From contig NMRA01000137.1 of NCBI GenBank assembly GCA_002633005.1, positions 1-64,000 on the forward strand: a stretch of DNA of 64,000 bases, in the 5' to 3' direction. The notes under the pieces are model-generated. The model was given only the letters and a program-made list of their open reading frames with translations, did not search any database and was not told where the DNA came from. The DNA is from Phoronis australis (lineage: Eukaryota; Animalia; Phoronida). Every line of letters starts with the position of its first letter. The stretch's first letter is position 1. This document shows, piece after piece, positions 51,301-64,000 of the stretch. Made by a program: the position numbers and the translations under genes.

Positions 51301-54300
51301 AAGTTTCTTTAAATTATAACACAATTTAGCAGAATAGTAAAATTTCGTTTGATCAAATTTTTTTAAACGAGAGTAAACACGAAGACAATTTTACTTGATT
51401 TCTTGAAAACTATATTGTGCAGATGTCATCAACAAACACAATGAGATTTTCAACATTTTTGGCAATACAGCGTCAGTGTCTCAAAAATGAAAAAATGACA
51501 GTTTTGGCCGTTATTTTTGTTTAAAGTTGAAGTACCATCATACATACACCCTCAACTACTACATCATAAAGGCTTCATACTGTCTACACTGAACCCACCA
51601 TGTCCAATCTTGGCAACTTCATGTCCGTGTTCCTTCGCCATCAGCACTTTTAACTGTTGACTGTCCAGCTCCATTTTACCATTTTTCACCAGCAGCTCAA
51701 CAGCTTCAATGATGAATCCTCGTTTCTGCAGTGAAAAACCCACAAAGCACAAAGTGACAGTCAAAATTCGTAGCTAAAAAGCATAAATTTTAGTTAACTT
51801 TTCTAAAATGATAAGATCATTGTAACCAGTCTTCCAAATGGTGATCTTTTCCCTTTAGTTGTTTTCGCGAGCAGCAGCACTTCCTTTTTCATGCACCACA
51901 ATTCTTTTCCTAGAACCACATTTCCTTCCTCATGAATCATAGTTAATTCTGAGCACTGAAGAAGCAGGAGAAAGTATGTACTTCACAAGACGTATTAACA
52001 TATTACAACAAGGCCACCTATATTAATATAGGTAATTCCACTTTTGAAGCTCAAAACTGATTTCTTACCTATTACACTTTTGTAAGAACATGTCATTGAA
52101 GCTGTCTGTCCTGAATCGTCATCAATTTTACAGGGCTTGGAATGACCAATGGCGAAAAACGCGGAAATTTTTACGGCCCGAAACATGCGCAGCCAGCCTT
52201 GAAAAAGTCAGTGTGGACCTTTTGCCGACCAAAATCGAGTGGACTAAAAAAAAAAACGGTACCACCTCCGGAAGCATGCGTCTGCGTCTGTCTTAGCTCG
52301 TCTGCCACTCCCACCTCCAAGCATTTTTTGGCTACAGAGTCGTAGTATTTGTCACTGCGGTTTACAATCACACGAGCCGCCATTGAGGAAATCCACCGTG
52401 CTATCCCAAAAGCCCCGGCAATGTTGACAATTTACGTTCCTCCGAAACATAAAGAGCAACTTCCACTTTTCGAGGTGAAAGTCGTCGGCAACGCGGCGGT
52501 AAGAAAGACATTTGCCGCGGAAATTTTATATCAAATCCGATTTTTTTACGCGGAAATATAATAAAATACGCAGAAAGAACATTTGAAAAAAGCGGAAATC
52601 CGCGTTTCCGCGGAAAATTCCAAGCCCTGATTTTAGAAAGAATAAACATACCATAACTTTCATATATACACAAAGTGTTTCAAAATATAGCAAGTCAGTT
52701 ACACAAAATAATAATTTATGACAGACTTCACAAACCTTTGCTACTTCAAACATTAAATCAGCAAAGTTGAATTCGGCCAGCATTTTCATAGCAGTTCTCT
52801 CATTGTAGGAAGTATTCATGACTAGAAACTCCCTGAAAAGCAGAATCACAACATTAAGCCCCAATAAACCCACACATTCTGTAAAAGAGAGGTGAAATTC
52901 TGATTCCGACCACTTATCCCTATGAAAGTGGCCACAACCTGTTACCTTCTCACACGTGAGAAGTGATTTCTGCAAAGAAACAATAGTGTGTTGTTCTTTG
53001 AAATCGTGCTAAATGCATAAAATGACACGCCATCACAAGGCAATGTGTTGAGCCTGGTCTTAACCACAAACTGCCGAACAAGTTCCTTCAATCCCCTGAA
53101 GTCAGCTGCAGTTTGACTAAGGAACAATGTGCCAACAATTTCATAATGGTGAGGGGTCTAAATCACAATCTTTTTTATGGTGAAAGTCTGATTTATAGCC
53201 GCTTTAAAAACGGGTGCTTTACGTGTGCTTTCGTCCCTTTTGAGTGCATTCATGTTTTGAAATTATTTTAATTTTTTAAAATAGCACTCACTTGAATAAA
53301 CGACAGCGTCCACCATTTTGTTTTTATGATTGAAGGTCAGTTTATAGCCACTTTAACATACTTCAGCTAACTCCAATTTTTTTGATACAAATTCAGAAGG
53401 ACATTAGACAGAAGGACCCGGACTCAAGCTGCAGTCAAGGTGGAAATCTTTTATGACTTGTAATAACCATGTGGGGTAGTGTGGCCACGCATGATTCTGT
53501 GGAGGTGAGGTGTACACACTATGCATACACAGTACCATAGTCGACGATGGTCATACAAAATAACATAGATCATGTTCGGAAACAACAAAATCTCGCGACT
53601 ACCCCTTTACAATCTACGAGTAAGGCCTAAAGCTGCACATCAGCACGGTAAAATCTCACCAAATTTGGACAAAAATATTGCCAAACGTGGACCTTCTGCA
53701 TTGTTCAAAGGCTTCAAACATAGTCATGAATGCTCACAAATTCTCTGAATTATTTTCTCATGGGAGCTATAGTTGAGATCCTTTAAAATGTTATCGCATT
53801 TACTAATTTATGCTACTTATCTTTGACGAGAAAAACGAAAAAATATTGCTCGTCTGCTCCATTATGTCCTATATTAGTGAGACTTTACCGTACTCAAGTA
53901 CCTAGGAATATGAATAGAAATAATAAAATATACCCACATAATACCAATACCAAAAATAATGGCTTTATTATTGGTCCAAGTTACGTTCTAAGACTTTAAC
54001 TTGGTTTGTTCGTAACAAGTACTCGGCCTGTTTTGAGGCTATCAGCATGTCCCATGATGGTACATCAGTAAAAGGTACCACTTGTTTGTGTAGAAAGACT
54101 TTTCATGAATTCTAACATAAATTGCATGAAAATACAGTTCTCTTTTTGGTGAATATTCAAGATACATGAACGCAAACTTTCCTTGTCAATATCGTAACAA
54201 TTGCTCACTAGAGGGAGTCTCATTTTTATGATCGACAGGACTGATGTTTTTGAGTCACCTGAACTGGCCCAACAACTTCCTGTCATCGGGGTTGGTGTTC

Positions 54301-57300
54301 AACAGTTGGTAAAGGAAACAATGTACCACCATGTCAGAGAGTTGGCACTTGTCACTGTCAGTTAAGTCCCCTTGTCGGTTGCCTAGCGCCTGCTGTATGT
54401 AGGTCATGACCTCTGACATACGCCCATGTTTGGCAAAAGCGTGCACACGCTGCACATGCGGACACTACAACATTTAATTAAGAATACCAATACTCTCAAT
54501 TATACTTCTGTAACCTGTCAGTTGATCATATAAATTAATAACTAAAAATATTAGAAATAGAATCATGTTTCTGCTATAAGTAAAATATGTAAATTCCATG
54601 GAAGAAGTCAGGTTCTGTGAATTCCTTCCATTTTCATTTATTGCACAAAACCGGTGTCTTTAGCTACAAACCACCAACCTTCGACAACTGAAACAATCGC
54701 ACTGCGTGGACATGGTCGCCTTTTGTCAGAGTGTACTCGGCAGCCATTTTGTACAAGGCATTGATATCTAGGCCGAGCATAATGCCCAACTTCTCAGCAA
54801 GTGTGTCGGACACGTTGACAGCCAGATGAAGAAACAGGCGCTCGGGGGAAGTTCTAAAATAACGCAAGCCCGTTAGAATTTAAGTTACGATGCTACGGAA
54901 CTTACAATAGAGTTTCTGAATTTGTGGATGTAGTCTCATAAAGCTTCTTTGCCAAAAAGAGGTTAAGGTTACGCAAGACCTTCGTATCAAATCCTGGTAT
55001 TTAGCCAAACATTCACAAAACCATTATAAGATTTTAACTCAGGCAAATATTTTCTTGAACTAGAAAGCCTGTAGAATTTTATTTTATTTTTTACCAATCT
55101 GCCATCAATTGGATCGCGGGACCACGCGCGTTTAGTAAAATTGTGCAAAAATGAAAGGTTAAATTATGATTGGTAGCAAAACAGCACTAATTACTTCGAT
55201 ATAAATGCTCAACAAGAGCAACGCAGAGCGTTGAAATGCGCCCACAATTGCACCGTATACGGTATCCTTCTAGGGTTGTTTATTGGTACCATAAAGTGGC
55301 CAGTAGAGGGCATATATGTAGTATGTTGTACTTTGCAAAATGGAAAGGCATGGTCATTGTCTCCTCAATAGGCTAGGGGCAAAATGTGAGTGATCTTCAT
55401 AATACAAGCACATCCTATACATCAGTTGCTTAAAGCACCACAGAAACATAGAATTAAAAACAAATTTACCAACATACGAGATTAGCACAGCATTAGAATG
55501 CCAGAAACAAATTTCTACTTGGAACTTTTCCTTCATAGTCACGAAGTAACACAAAGTATACACCTGAAGACCTATGAAAATACAGAGGTCAATGTAAAAT
55601 ACTAAAATTGCCACTAGAGGCATACCGGTAGTCAGAATCATCCTAAAGTCGTCATCGTCCGTTGTCAACATCACATAAATACACTTGCTAAATTTAGTAA
55701 AGATCCTGCAAACGGTTTGGGAGATACAGCCATGGGCGCAAAAAAAAACTGCCACTAGGAGGCGCCACAGTAATCAAAGTCATGGGAAATTCAGCGTCAA
55801 CCGTCCTCTTCATAGTAAGAACATACATGCCAATTTTCACAATCATACTTAGAGCGGTTTGGTTGATAGAGGGGTGGACGCCAAAAAACAGACTCAAAAA
55901 CAGTAAAAATGGCCACTGGGTGTCGCAAACTAGGTCGAATTCATCCGAAAACGGGAGGATAGCGTCATCGCACTAATAGGTGCCTACATACCAAATTTCA
56001 TGAAAATCCGTTAAGGACTTGTGAAGATACAGAGGTAAACGTAAAAAAATAAAATTGCCACTAGGCGGCACACTGGTAGGCGGATCCGTCCAAAAGTCGT
56101 CATCTTCCATTTTTAACATCATATAAATACACTTACACAATTTCGTGAAGATCCTGAGAACGGTTTAGGAGATACAGCCATAGGCGTAAAAAAAAAACTG
56201 CCACTAGGAGGCACCACAGTAGTCGAAATTGTCGGAAAATCATCGTCAACTGTCCTCTACATAGTAAGCATATACATGCCAATTTTCACAATCATCCTTT
56301 GCGCGGTTTGGTTGATAGAGGGGTGGACGCACAAAAACACTCGAAAACACTAAAAATGGCCACTAGGTGGCGCAAACTATGTCGAATCCATCTGAAAACG
56401 GGAGGATAGCGTCTTCTCACCAATAGGTGCCTACATACCAAATTTCATGAAAATCTGTTCAGGACTTTTGAAGATACAAAGGTAAGCGTAAAAAAATTAA
56501 AATTGCCACCAGGGGGAACACCGGTAGTCGGATCCGTCCAAAAGTCGTCATCTTCTATTGATAACATCATATAAATACACTTTCACAATTTCGTAAAGAT
56601 CCAGCAAACGGTTTAGGAGATACAGCCATAGGCGCAAAAAAAACAAAAATGCCACTAGGAGGCGCCACAGTAGCCGAAATCGTCGGAAAATCATCGTCAA
56701 CCGTCCTCTACATAGTAAGCATATACATGCCAATTTTCACAATCATCCTTTGAGCGGTTTGGTTGATAGAGGGGTGGACGCTCAAAAACAGACTTGAAAA
56801 CACTAAAAATGGCCACTAGGTGGCGCAAACTATGTCGAATTCATCCAAAAACGAGAGGATAGCGTCATCTCACTAATAGGTGCCTACAAACCAAATTTCA
56901 TGAAAATGCGTTAAGGACTTTTGAAGATACAAAGGTAAGCGTAAAAAACTAAAATTGCCACTAGGGGGCACACCGGTAGTCGGATCTGTCCGAAAGTTCG
57001 CACATGCCGTCCCATTCATGAATGGAACATATGTGTCAAATTTCATGAACGTATGTCAAAGGGTTTTGGAGATAGAGCAGCGGACGCCGGACGCCGCCAG
57101 GACGGACGGACGGACAGACGGACGAACGGAAATGACGGCTTAATGGGTCCACATATAAATATGTGGGAGCATAAAAACCTGTTAGAGTTTTCTAAATTAT
57201 CATTTTGTTTTTGTTTTACGAGAAATTTGATTTTTTTATGTGAATCATAAACATCCTATTTTTGATAGCCCCTCATACAAAAGTGGAACACTTCAAAAAC

Positions 57301-60300
57301 TGTTCCTACCAGTGTTTTGGAGAACACGTGATACAGCCCTATTTCTTTGAATGCAAGTTATTCCTTCACTGGAAAGGTTCACCTTCATAGAAAATTTGAT
57401 TTAATCCATCCAGTGAGTTTAACCTTTGCGACTATGTCTTGACCTCAGTAACCCTTTGTTGAATTTTAAACCAAGCTACTTAATCACACAAACTATCTAT
57501 TTCAAACCTTTCTGTGCTAAAACAGAAAATGAGGTCCATCCCGAACAGACCATTGAGGGTATCAAAGACTTAAAAAGGCGTCAAACGGCAATCAGTTTTA
57601 ATGGGGTTGACCAACCATTCCCAGAACTGAACTGCTGAAAATCAAGACCAGGGGTATGCGTCATGACAAGTGACTGACAGAAAACTAAAGTCAAAAATTT
57701 TGTCTCATGCTCCACACAATCGTTTATGAAAAACAATTAAACCTCACGAGTCATGAGAAAAACCACAACGTTTCTGAGAATATATGCATAACTGCTAGTT
57801 ATTGAGATAATTTTAAGAAAAATATTTCTAGATTGCAGTGCACTTATAGCAAAACGTTTTTCCAGCAATTGTTAAGTGGCAGTGTAAGGCCAAATTTCTG
57901 TCTTAAGTCTTGAACCAATTTCATGAAACAAACCCTATGTGCTCTCAGTTTGTCACGGTACAAACCTGCAGTTTTCATCGCAAGGAAAGTTTTTGAGACC
58001 ATTCTCAGTTTCATGACTGCCATGCTACAGCTGTTAACAGGAATGAGATACCATCTTAATTTGCAAGCGCATAGATCTTTGAACTGTGTTTGTGATTAAC
58101 TCCCATTTGGGTTATAAGCTAATAAATGAAACCAAAAATATAATGAAAAAAAAAATCAAATTTCCAGTGAATACATTTTTGATGCAAAAAATTTTTACCT
58201 CGGTCGACACTCATACACAGATTCTTCTGTGACAATAAGACAACCATCCAGCACTGTATGTGTCGCCACTGGTATTGAGTACACTTCCGCGTCATTGATC
58301 ACCCGTGACCCAGTCCACATATGCCCACTCGACCACAGCTGTGAGCTTGTAATGCTGTCCTGTTTGGAGGAGAACGAGTCGCCTTCCGCTGACGAACTTG
58401 TAGAACGAAAACTGTTTTCCTGTTTTTCCGTCCCATCAGATGATGATTCTTTCGACTGAAGGCTGTCATCAATTTGACTACTATCACCATCTAGTGGAGA
58501 ATTACCAGAAGATTCATTGAGAAAACTGAAAGACTTCAACATTCTTCTAAGCACATTTGAAGGTGATGCATTCGGACTCTCCTGGCCAGCGACAACTTCT
58601 TTGTGTTCAGATCCAGTGCTGCGTCCTTCGGTCACATTTGACGAAATATCACCATCAGCTGTCGGTGAATCAGATTCTGACTCTGAGTCAAATGCTGCCC
58701 TGGCTTCTCTCTTTTCATGCCAGTAGAATGGGTAGCATTTCTTGTAAACCTTGACAATGGATGTCTTGCCCGGTAGGCAAAACTGTTGAATTGTTGCATC
58801 GACTTTATTCTTCTGAAACAGATTGATGTGATGTATTTATAATCACGAGAAATCGAAATTCCCTCACTAGGTGTCGCATGTGAAGCAACTGACCTTCCCA
58901 TAGAAATGCCTGCATTCGACTTAGTCATATGGGAACCTTAACACACAAACAATTCCTATGTTGATGATCTGATTCCTGCTCGAGATGTCAACAAGAGGTA
59001 CCTTAATACAATAGCATTGCCAAGTTCATATCGACTTGCCCATTGCCATAATCATGACAAAACCAGTAACATCCCCCTTTACCAGCCATCAGAATAGAGA
59101 CAGTTGATCTATCCAATACAATTTCTAGGTTCCTACAATTCCATGCTATGACCAAAACACAATCGCTTGGTCACGCCAGATTAGCAAGACCATCTGCGTG
59201 TGTGTACAGATGGCCACAGGTTTATCTCCAGGGCAGGGAAATCACAGCTTACTGCATCAAAGGATATAGCAGTACTTTTTTCCATGAAGTTTCCACTATG
59301 ACAGAGCACTAGCAAACCCTGGTTAAAAACTAACCTTCACAGTTCCTCCCTTTTGCTGGGATGAGAATTCGGCGTACTGATTGGACTGTACTGTGACAGA
59401 CTTACACATCTTGTGAGAAGTGAACGTCAGACGATCGGTGAAGACAATTTCCAGTATGTCAGATGGAACCGAATACACAAACAAGGGGGAATGCTCCATG
59501 TTGCTGTCAAAGACCTGAAGGAAAGAGGAAATAAAAAACATTCACAGGACAAATTGGAAACAGCATAAAGAGCTTGTGTTGGAAATAAAACAATTTAATC
59601 AGAATTATTTTGGCCCCATAAGTCAGTAACAAATACAGCAGGGGGCAATAGCCAGAAAAATAATCAGTGGAAGACAACACGTTACAACTGAGCATAGTTT
59701 AACCTGCATTTCATTTTAACATTGACTTAAGCCACTACTAATGCTCAACTAATTCAACATCAATTGTTTGTTCAAAGAGAGCTCTCCTCCACCTAGGAGT
59801 CATTTCTTAGGGGGTAATAGTCACTTACAGGGGCAGTGCATTTTGAGAACCACTTATCTCCACCGAATAGCGGGCATCAAACTGGTTCTAAAAATTCGAA
59901 CCCCTGTAAGTGACTATTGCCCCAAGGCAATACCTGAAATCCCCAGGGCAATAAAATCCCCCACCCTCCGTCCGTCTCTCCCTCTGTGTTTATAGAGAAA
60001 AGCTCGTCTCACGATTTAATCAAATATTTAAAAGCTATGGTGTATGTTTGTCATAGAACAGTGTAACGTATTCTTACAAAATTGACTTACTTCAAAAGTT
60101 TGTGAATTCGTGTCCTCAATCCCCACGAAGTGTCGTCCTTTAGCATACTGAGATGTCATATGGCAGCCACTGGGTAACTTGTTGAACCGACTTGGAATGA
60201 AGGTTGTTTTTGCTTCCTCTACCACAGAAAGTTTAAATGCATGCTACCTTTTGTTACCAAACTGTTGCTTTATGCATCTTAATACTACTTATTTGTTAAT

Positions 60301-62972
60301 CTGCATGGCATGTTTTTATAATGGATAATCATATACAAACTGATCAGCTCTCACATATCATGTACAATTATTGTATAATGGACTATGCCACAATAATACT
60401 CTGTTGAATAGGAAGTGTCAAAAAATTTAAGAAGAGAAGGAAGGTTAGAAAGCGAGAAGAGGGGTACAGAGAGAGGAGGAGGAGGGATGTTGGTGGGGAG
60501 GATAGGAGAGAGGAGAAGATAGAATGAAAGAAAAGCCATGGAGGGAAATAAGAAGAAAGAATAGACAACGTTTATGAAGAGACAGACGGAGAGAAAAGAA
60601 GAGGACAAGCACACACCTGAGCACTGGAAGATGGTGTCTACTGGCAGGTGGTGGCTGTCGATCTGCTCAAAGCCCATGTTCTGAACATCCTTGTCAACAT
60701 TCCACTGCCAGTCAACATTGCGTTTCTCCAGGTTTAGTCGCCACTGGTTACCAGTTGCCGTGGTGATCTGAAACACAGTGTAGGGCGACTGCGGGGTGAC
60801 ATACAGGTAAGGGCTCTCCAGTGTTCAAAGGAGTCCAACGTTCATACTTGTAGTGCACTATACTGGTTATATTTTACAATTAAAAACTTGAAAATATAGT
60901 TTTGAAAACCCAATTCACACTCAGTACGAGTGTCGCCGATTTCACCTCCAACACTAATCACAAACTTGCTTCGGCATTGTTGGTGCTAAAAACCAAGCCT
61001 ATATGATCACACTCATTACAGAACCTGAATTGAAGGTTGCTTTACTGGGGACTTCCGAAAGAGCCCCTACCAGGAAAAAGCAACCACAAAAAGCAACCAC
61101 GGTTGGGCTCTTTAGAAACAAGGATCAAAAACCTCATAGGAGCTCTTTTTGGATTATTTTGTGAGACTGGAACATGAAAAAAATGTTGGCAGTATTTCCT
61201 CAGTGTTGGGTCTTTAAACTTAGTATTAAAATATTTGAAATTGATCACTTGAGATCAAAAGCATTGTTAGACTTCTCTTACAGGAGTCGAGCAGTCAGCA
61301 GATTGAAACCCTCCTCTTACAACTTCCCTTGAAAACTCAGGGCTGTATGAGGGCGTCATAGGTGGCAATTCTAGTTCCCAAAACAACCCCACCACTTTTT
61401 TCCAAATGACTCCCTCGGGGCTCTCATTTGAAACAAGGTAACAGTGGTAAAAAGGTGGTTTCCGAAAGTGTCCTGACAGAAATCCCCAGTAACAAAAGTA
61501 AAGATCAAAACTAAATAAATTGCTACAACTGTGAAAAGAAAGCCAACATTTACCATGGGCTGTTAAAGGTTGAATACTATCTAGAATGCCATGGTTATTT
61601 AGATAGCACGCCGTCTATTATAATTATTATAATGATGGTACATGACATAAAGTGTTACCAGAGCATAAGTCAATGACTGTCTATCATCCTGTATCAGCTC
61701 AATGTTGGTCACGTGACCGGTGACTTCACTTTCAACAACGACATTCTCCGTAGTCATGTTAACAAATAGGAGCTTCCCATTCTGAAAAGGAAAGTAATGA
61801 ACAGAGGATAATGAAACGTTTTGTTCCACTTGGTGTTGTATCTGCGACTGAAATCAACAGGAATATCAATTGAGAACAAAAAAAAAATGTTATCCAAATG
61901 CTCCTTTTCGTACAAAATTTTAAAAATTGTAATACTATCACAGTTTTTCGCACACTCTACAGACCTAAAGTAATCCTTACTCAATCAGAAATTTGTATAG
62001 TATTTCCCTATGGATAACACTCAACTTAAAACTTCCAAAACGGTTGCTGAGTGAAAGCCACACAATCAAGTTTTTTTTCAATACATGTATTTACCCAGAA
62101 AGCATATCATTAGTGATTAGTAGATACAGCTGGGGTTGGGTGGTCCCAACTACGTAATATCTTTACAACATACTAGAGGACAATACGTCATACAAATAGA
62201 ACAAATAAGTATCTGGAAAATAACTCATAATGATTGGGCAGATAATTAGCAGAAAACTATAAAACGGGGAGGGAAACCGGAAGGGGGAGGACTTTCATAT
62301 ACTTATTCACACTCACATTCACTCGGTTTACTAACTAACTTAATTTACATAGGTGCATATTTGTGAAAAGGTTAGTTTTAAATACAACATACAAGTGGTT
62401 AAAAAATAACACCATATATTGTTTGAATCATTTTAAAGAGATGCCTGCAAAACCCTCCACTGTTCTGAAGTATAATTTTTTTCAAAAGTATAGGCATTGT
62501 ATTTGTGCAAATGAAAATTAAAATTAATGATATTTTATGTTCCTATTTTGGATGTAAATATTGTGTAGTAATTGTGCTGTAACAGATTAGTGCAATGATA
62601 TCACATTTAAGTAAGAATTATTAGCCATCACAAACGCCATATGTTGGTTACATCACAAGATCTGTAGGACATCATGCCTCCATGTGCAGGGTTTTAAACC
62701 TTATGCAGAGTTATGCAACAAGACAGCAATTTTGTGCCACAATTCTACTAAGTTTGAAATCTCACAAATGGTCTACAGAAAAATATGTCATGAATCCCAG
62801 TCTGTAGTAAACTGACTACTAAACTTATAAAGACCAGTTCTCTGCACCACAACAACGCCACCTACTTGAGCATGTACTAACAAGCTGGCAACAAGTTACA
62901 GTACCTCCATTCCAATCACTGCGATGTGTTGATCTGTGAGAGTATGCCACCACGCCACGCATGAGGGAGATC
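32739..62972 (-). CDS. ca: 5'-truncated 26-exon gene (~1566 aa visible): RCC1-repeat protein with C-terminal RING-like motif; probable claret/GLO-4-like GEF for Rab32/38-type GTPases
   Basis: Exons in transcription order: 62905-62972, 61659-61781, 60617-60767, 60091-60218, 59335-59514, 58199-58812, 54679-54853, 54259-54464, 52736-52832, 51599-51725, 50428-50629, 49045-49114, 48027-48164, 47115-47245, 46815-46950, 45219-45379, 44257-44407, 43581-43715, 42540-42731, 41850-41957, 40227-40538, 38095-38202, 36761-36868, 34987-35084, 34153-34326, 32739-33348. All GT-AG, phases consistent, no internal stop. The gene model is well supported; claret/GLO-4 orthology is inferred from architecture only (no HECT domain, RCC1 repeats in the C-terminal half). 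Confidence 0.8.
35091..35272. repeat. 20 bp minisatellite, 9 copies
   Basis: Unit agcagacgtcaattgataca. Confidence 0.95.
35550..36166 (+). mobile_element. 3' fragment of an L2/CR1-group LINE
   Basis: AGRLILNY...DLLDKLGWYSL...HLNLMVYKATHSLTP..F..VRDSHNYNT ORF2 C-terminus, T-rich 3'UTR and (TAAA)n tail. Confidence 0.7.
38746..40058. mobile_element. Non-autonomous Kolobok-like DNA transposon, copy 2 (intronic, contains assembly gap)
   Basis: Same TTAA-flanked termini and near-identical sequence to 6341-8009; N gap 38878-39459. Confidence 0.8.
38878..39459. other. Assembly gap (Ns)
   Basis: Run of n characters. Confidence 1.
40227..47245 (-). CDS. RCC1-repeat beta-propeller exons (8 exons) of the minus-strand gene
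   Basis: VSCGLSHT..LFMWGHSQFGKLG; IACGNHHTVALTNHGVYSWGCSKFGQVG; CCGHYHSMAL..VYSWGWGAHGQLG; SAGYAHSLVL..GVLYSFGCALFGQLG; GKLYTWG; VACGATHSVCL..LYSWGRNAEGQLG; VDCGLNFTVAM..AWAWGRNDKGQLG. Confidence 0.93.
42723..43322. repeat. 194 bp tandem repeat (3 copies plus partial) overlapping a splice acceptor
   Basis: gactgcaa.ctgtagaaa at 42723, 42917, 43111, 43305; copies nearly identical. Confidence 0.95.
46620..46688. mobile_element. Very short MITE with 5-bp TSD (tctga)
   Basis: tctga|catgggcggcgca ... tgcgttgcccatg|tctga; related copies near 19161-19285 and 26340-26405. Confidence 0.7.
52131..52629. mobile_element. hAT-like MITE with 6-bp flanking duplication
   Basis: atttta|cagggcttggaa ... ttccaagccctg|atttta. 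Confidence 0.7.
55211..57177 (-). mobile_element. HINE/DINE-1-like non-autonomous Helentron derivative with internal tandem array
   Basis: On the minus strand it begins TTTTATGCTCCC with hairpin ccacatat..atatgtgg, has a (GTCC/GTCT)n microsatellite near 57100-57128, central tandem repeats, and ends CTCTTGTT. Confidence 0.75.
55560..56995. repeat. Tandem array of ~450 bp units built from three diverged ~150 bp subunits
   Basis: aaaattgccac recurs at 55604, 56051, 56499, 56951; gccact-g motifs recur about every 150 bp. Confidence 0.9.
58199..58812 (-). CDS. Largest internal exon of the RCC1-repeat gene (Ser/acidic low-complexity insert, then LDGCLIVTEESVYECRPR)
   Basis: 614 nt open exon between a tttcag acceptor and an ag|gtaaaa donor; joins the next exon as ECRPR-TSPERLFLHL. 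Confidence 0.85.
59811..59923. repeat. Short inverted-repeat element (MITE-like)
   Basis: ggggtaatagtcacttacagggg / cccctgtaagtgactattgcccc. Confidence 0.6.
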
Positions 62973-63744
62973 CTAAAATACGCAAAGTGAACAGCTCACC
63001 ATTGGATTTGAAGCCAAAAAAACACTTGATGGTACAGCAACTTAAAAATACATCTTCTGGGAAGGCAGTAGTGAAGGATGGAGGGGTCACAACAAGGCAA
63101 TGGGGACAGAAGGGGATGAATGAGACAGGCCTTTATCCAGGATTTTGAAAATAGGGTGTCCAAAATGGGGTTCCCAATATTCCAGGGCGTCCATGATTCC
63201 GACGCGTAACCACCCACCCCCAGCAATACCCCCAAACACACAGATTTTTTTTACAAAAAATGCATAGATCAAGGTTTTTACATCTAAGTTTATAAAACAG
63301 CCTTCTATGCTGAGCATTTTTACTAAAAAAACTGTGCAGACCAAGACTTTTACAATGCTGTCAATCAAGTGTCAAAATAGCAACAATGCATATACTTTGT
63401 ATATACATTGTATATTTCTTCCTGCTTTGAAAAAAACTTGAAAGGTTCCTATTGACAGCGGGCGTCCAAATGATACATTGGGTGTCCTTGCCAGGGCCTC
63501 CAGATTAGTAGGTAGCTGCATAAAGGCCTGGAATGAGAGAATCAAGTTGCTGGGAGGGAGAGGGTGGGGAACAAGACTGAAGTGAGGGCACAGAAACAGC
63601 CAGAGGGGTAAGGGGTAAAAACAAAGAGGATGATTTAGACACAATATTTCAAAACTTATAAGCAAGTCAGACAAGAGCAATGAAAAGCGTTGACAGGTGC
63701 ACCGCAAATGGTATGCTTCTAGAACCACTTATTAGTATCATAAA

Positions 63745-64000
63745 AACAGCCAATAGGGGGCGAAGAATAAGTTGAACCCGTCCAAAAATGAGAGCGCATC
63801 ACCATCTGCCTCATAGAAACCTAGTTGCCAAATTTCATGAAAATCCGTCCACGACCTCTAAAGGTACAGATGTAAAACAATAGAGTTGCCAAGAGGCAAG
63901 GAGAAAGGTGAATCTGTACCAACAAGCTGTCTTCTGCTGCCATCTTCATACAGGAACACACGTGATTAATTTCACAAATATGCGGTTCACGAGATACAGT
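63745..64000. mobile_element. Diverged fragment related to the HINE-like array
   Basis: Shares ccaaatttcatgaaaatccgt, ccgtccaaaa and gagatacag motifs with 55560-56995; runs off the window. Confidence 0.5.

Noticed and set aside
59822-59933. Candidate extra exon of the RCC1 gene (acceptor- and donor-like ends)
   Set aside because: Stops in all frames, part of an inverted repeat, and the flanking exons already join in phase.

Overview
Eukaryotic (metazoan, probably marine invertebrate) genomic DNA with GT-AG introns and many transposon remnants; there are no prokaryotic operons or CRISPR arrays. Two convergent spliced genes were reconstructed by hand, with exon phases matching at every junction. 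(1) On the + strand, 20519-29720, an 8-exon gene of about 848 aa joins a catalytically intact, non-RD, RIPK-like (TKL) Ser/Thr kinase in frame to a B-box / coiled-coil / six-NHL-repeat module. It is effectively a TRIM-NHL protein with a kinase where the RING E3 domain normally sits, and is the most interesting object here. (2) On the - strand, 32739-62972, at least 26 exons (5' end outside the window, about 1566 aa visible) encode an RCC1-repeat protein with a C-terminal Cys/His RING-like motif, most likely a claret/GLO-4-type Rab GEF. The remainder holds two Kolobok-like TTAA elements with a THAP remnant, a HINE/DINE-1-like Helentron derivative with a higher-order repeat array, BEL/Pao, Gypsy and L2/CR1-like fragments, a MITE set with 5-bp target duplications, a ~1 kb foldback flanked by direct repeats, and tandem repeats overlapping splice acceptors. 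The first ~20 kb shows no supportable host coding gene. All assignments come from reading motifs; no database searches were run.
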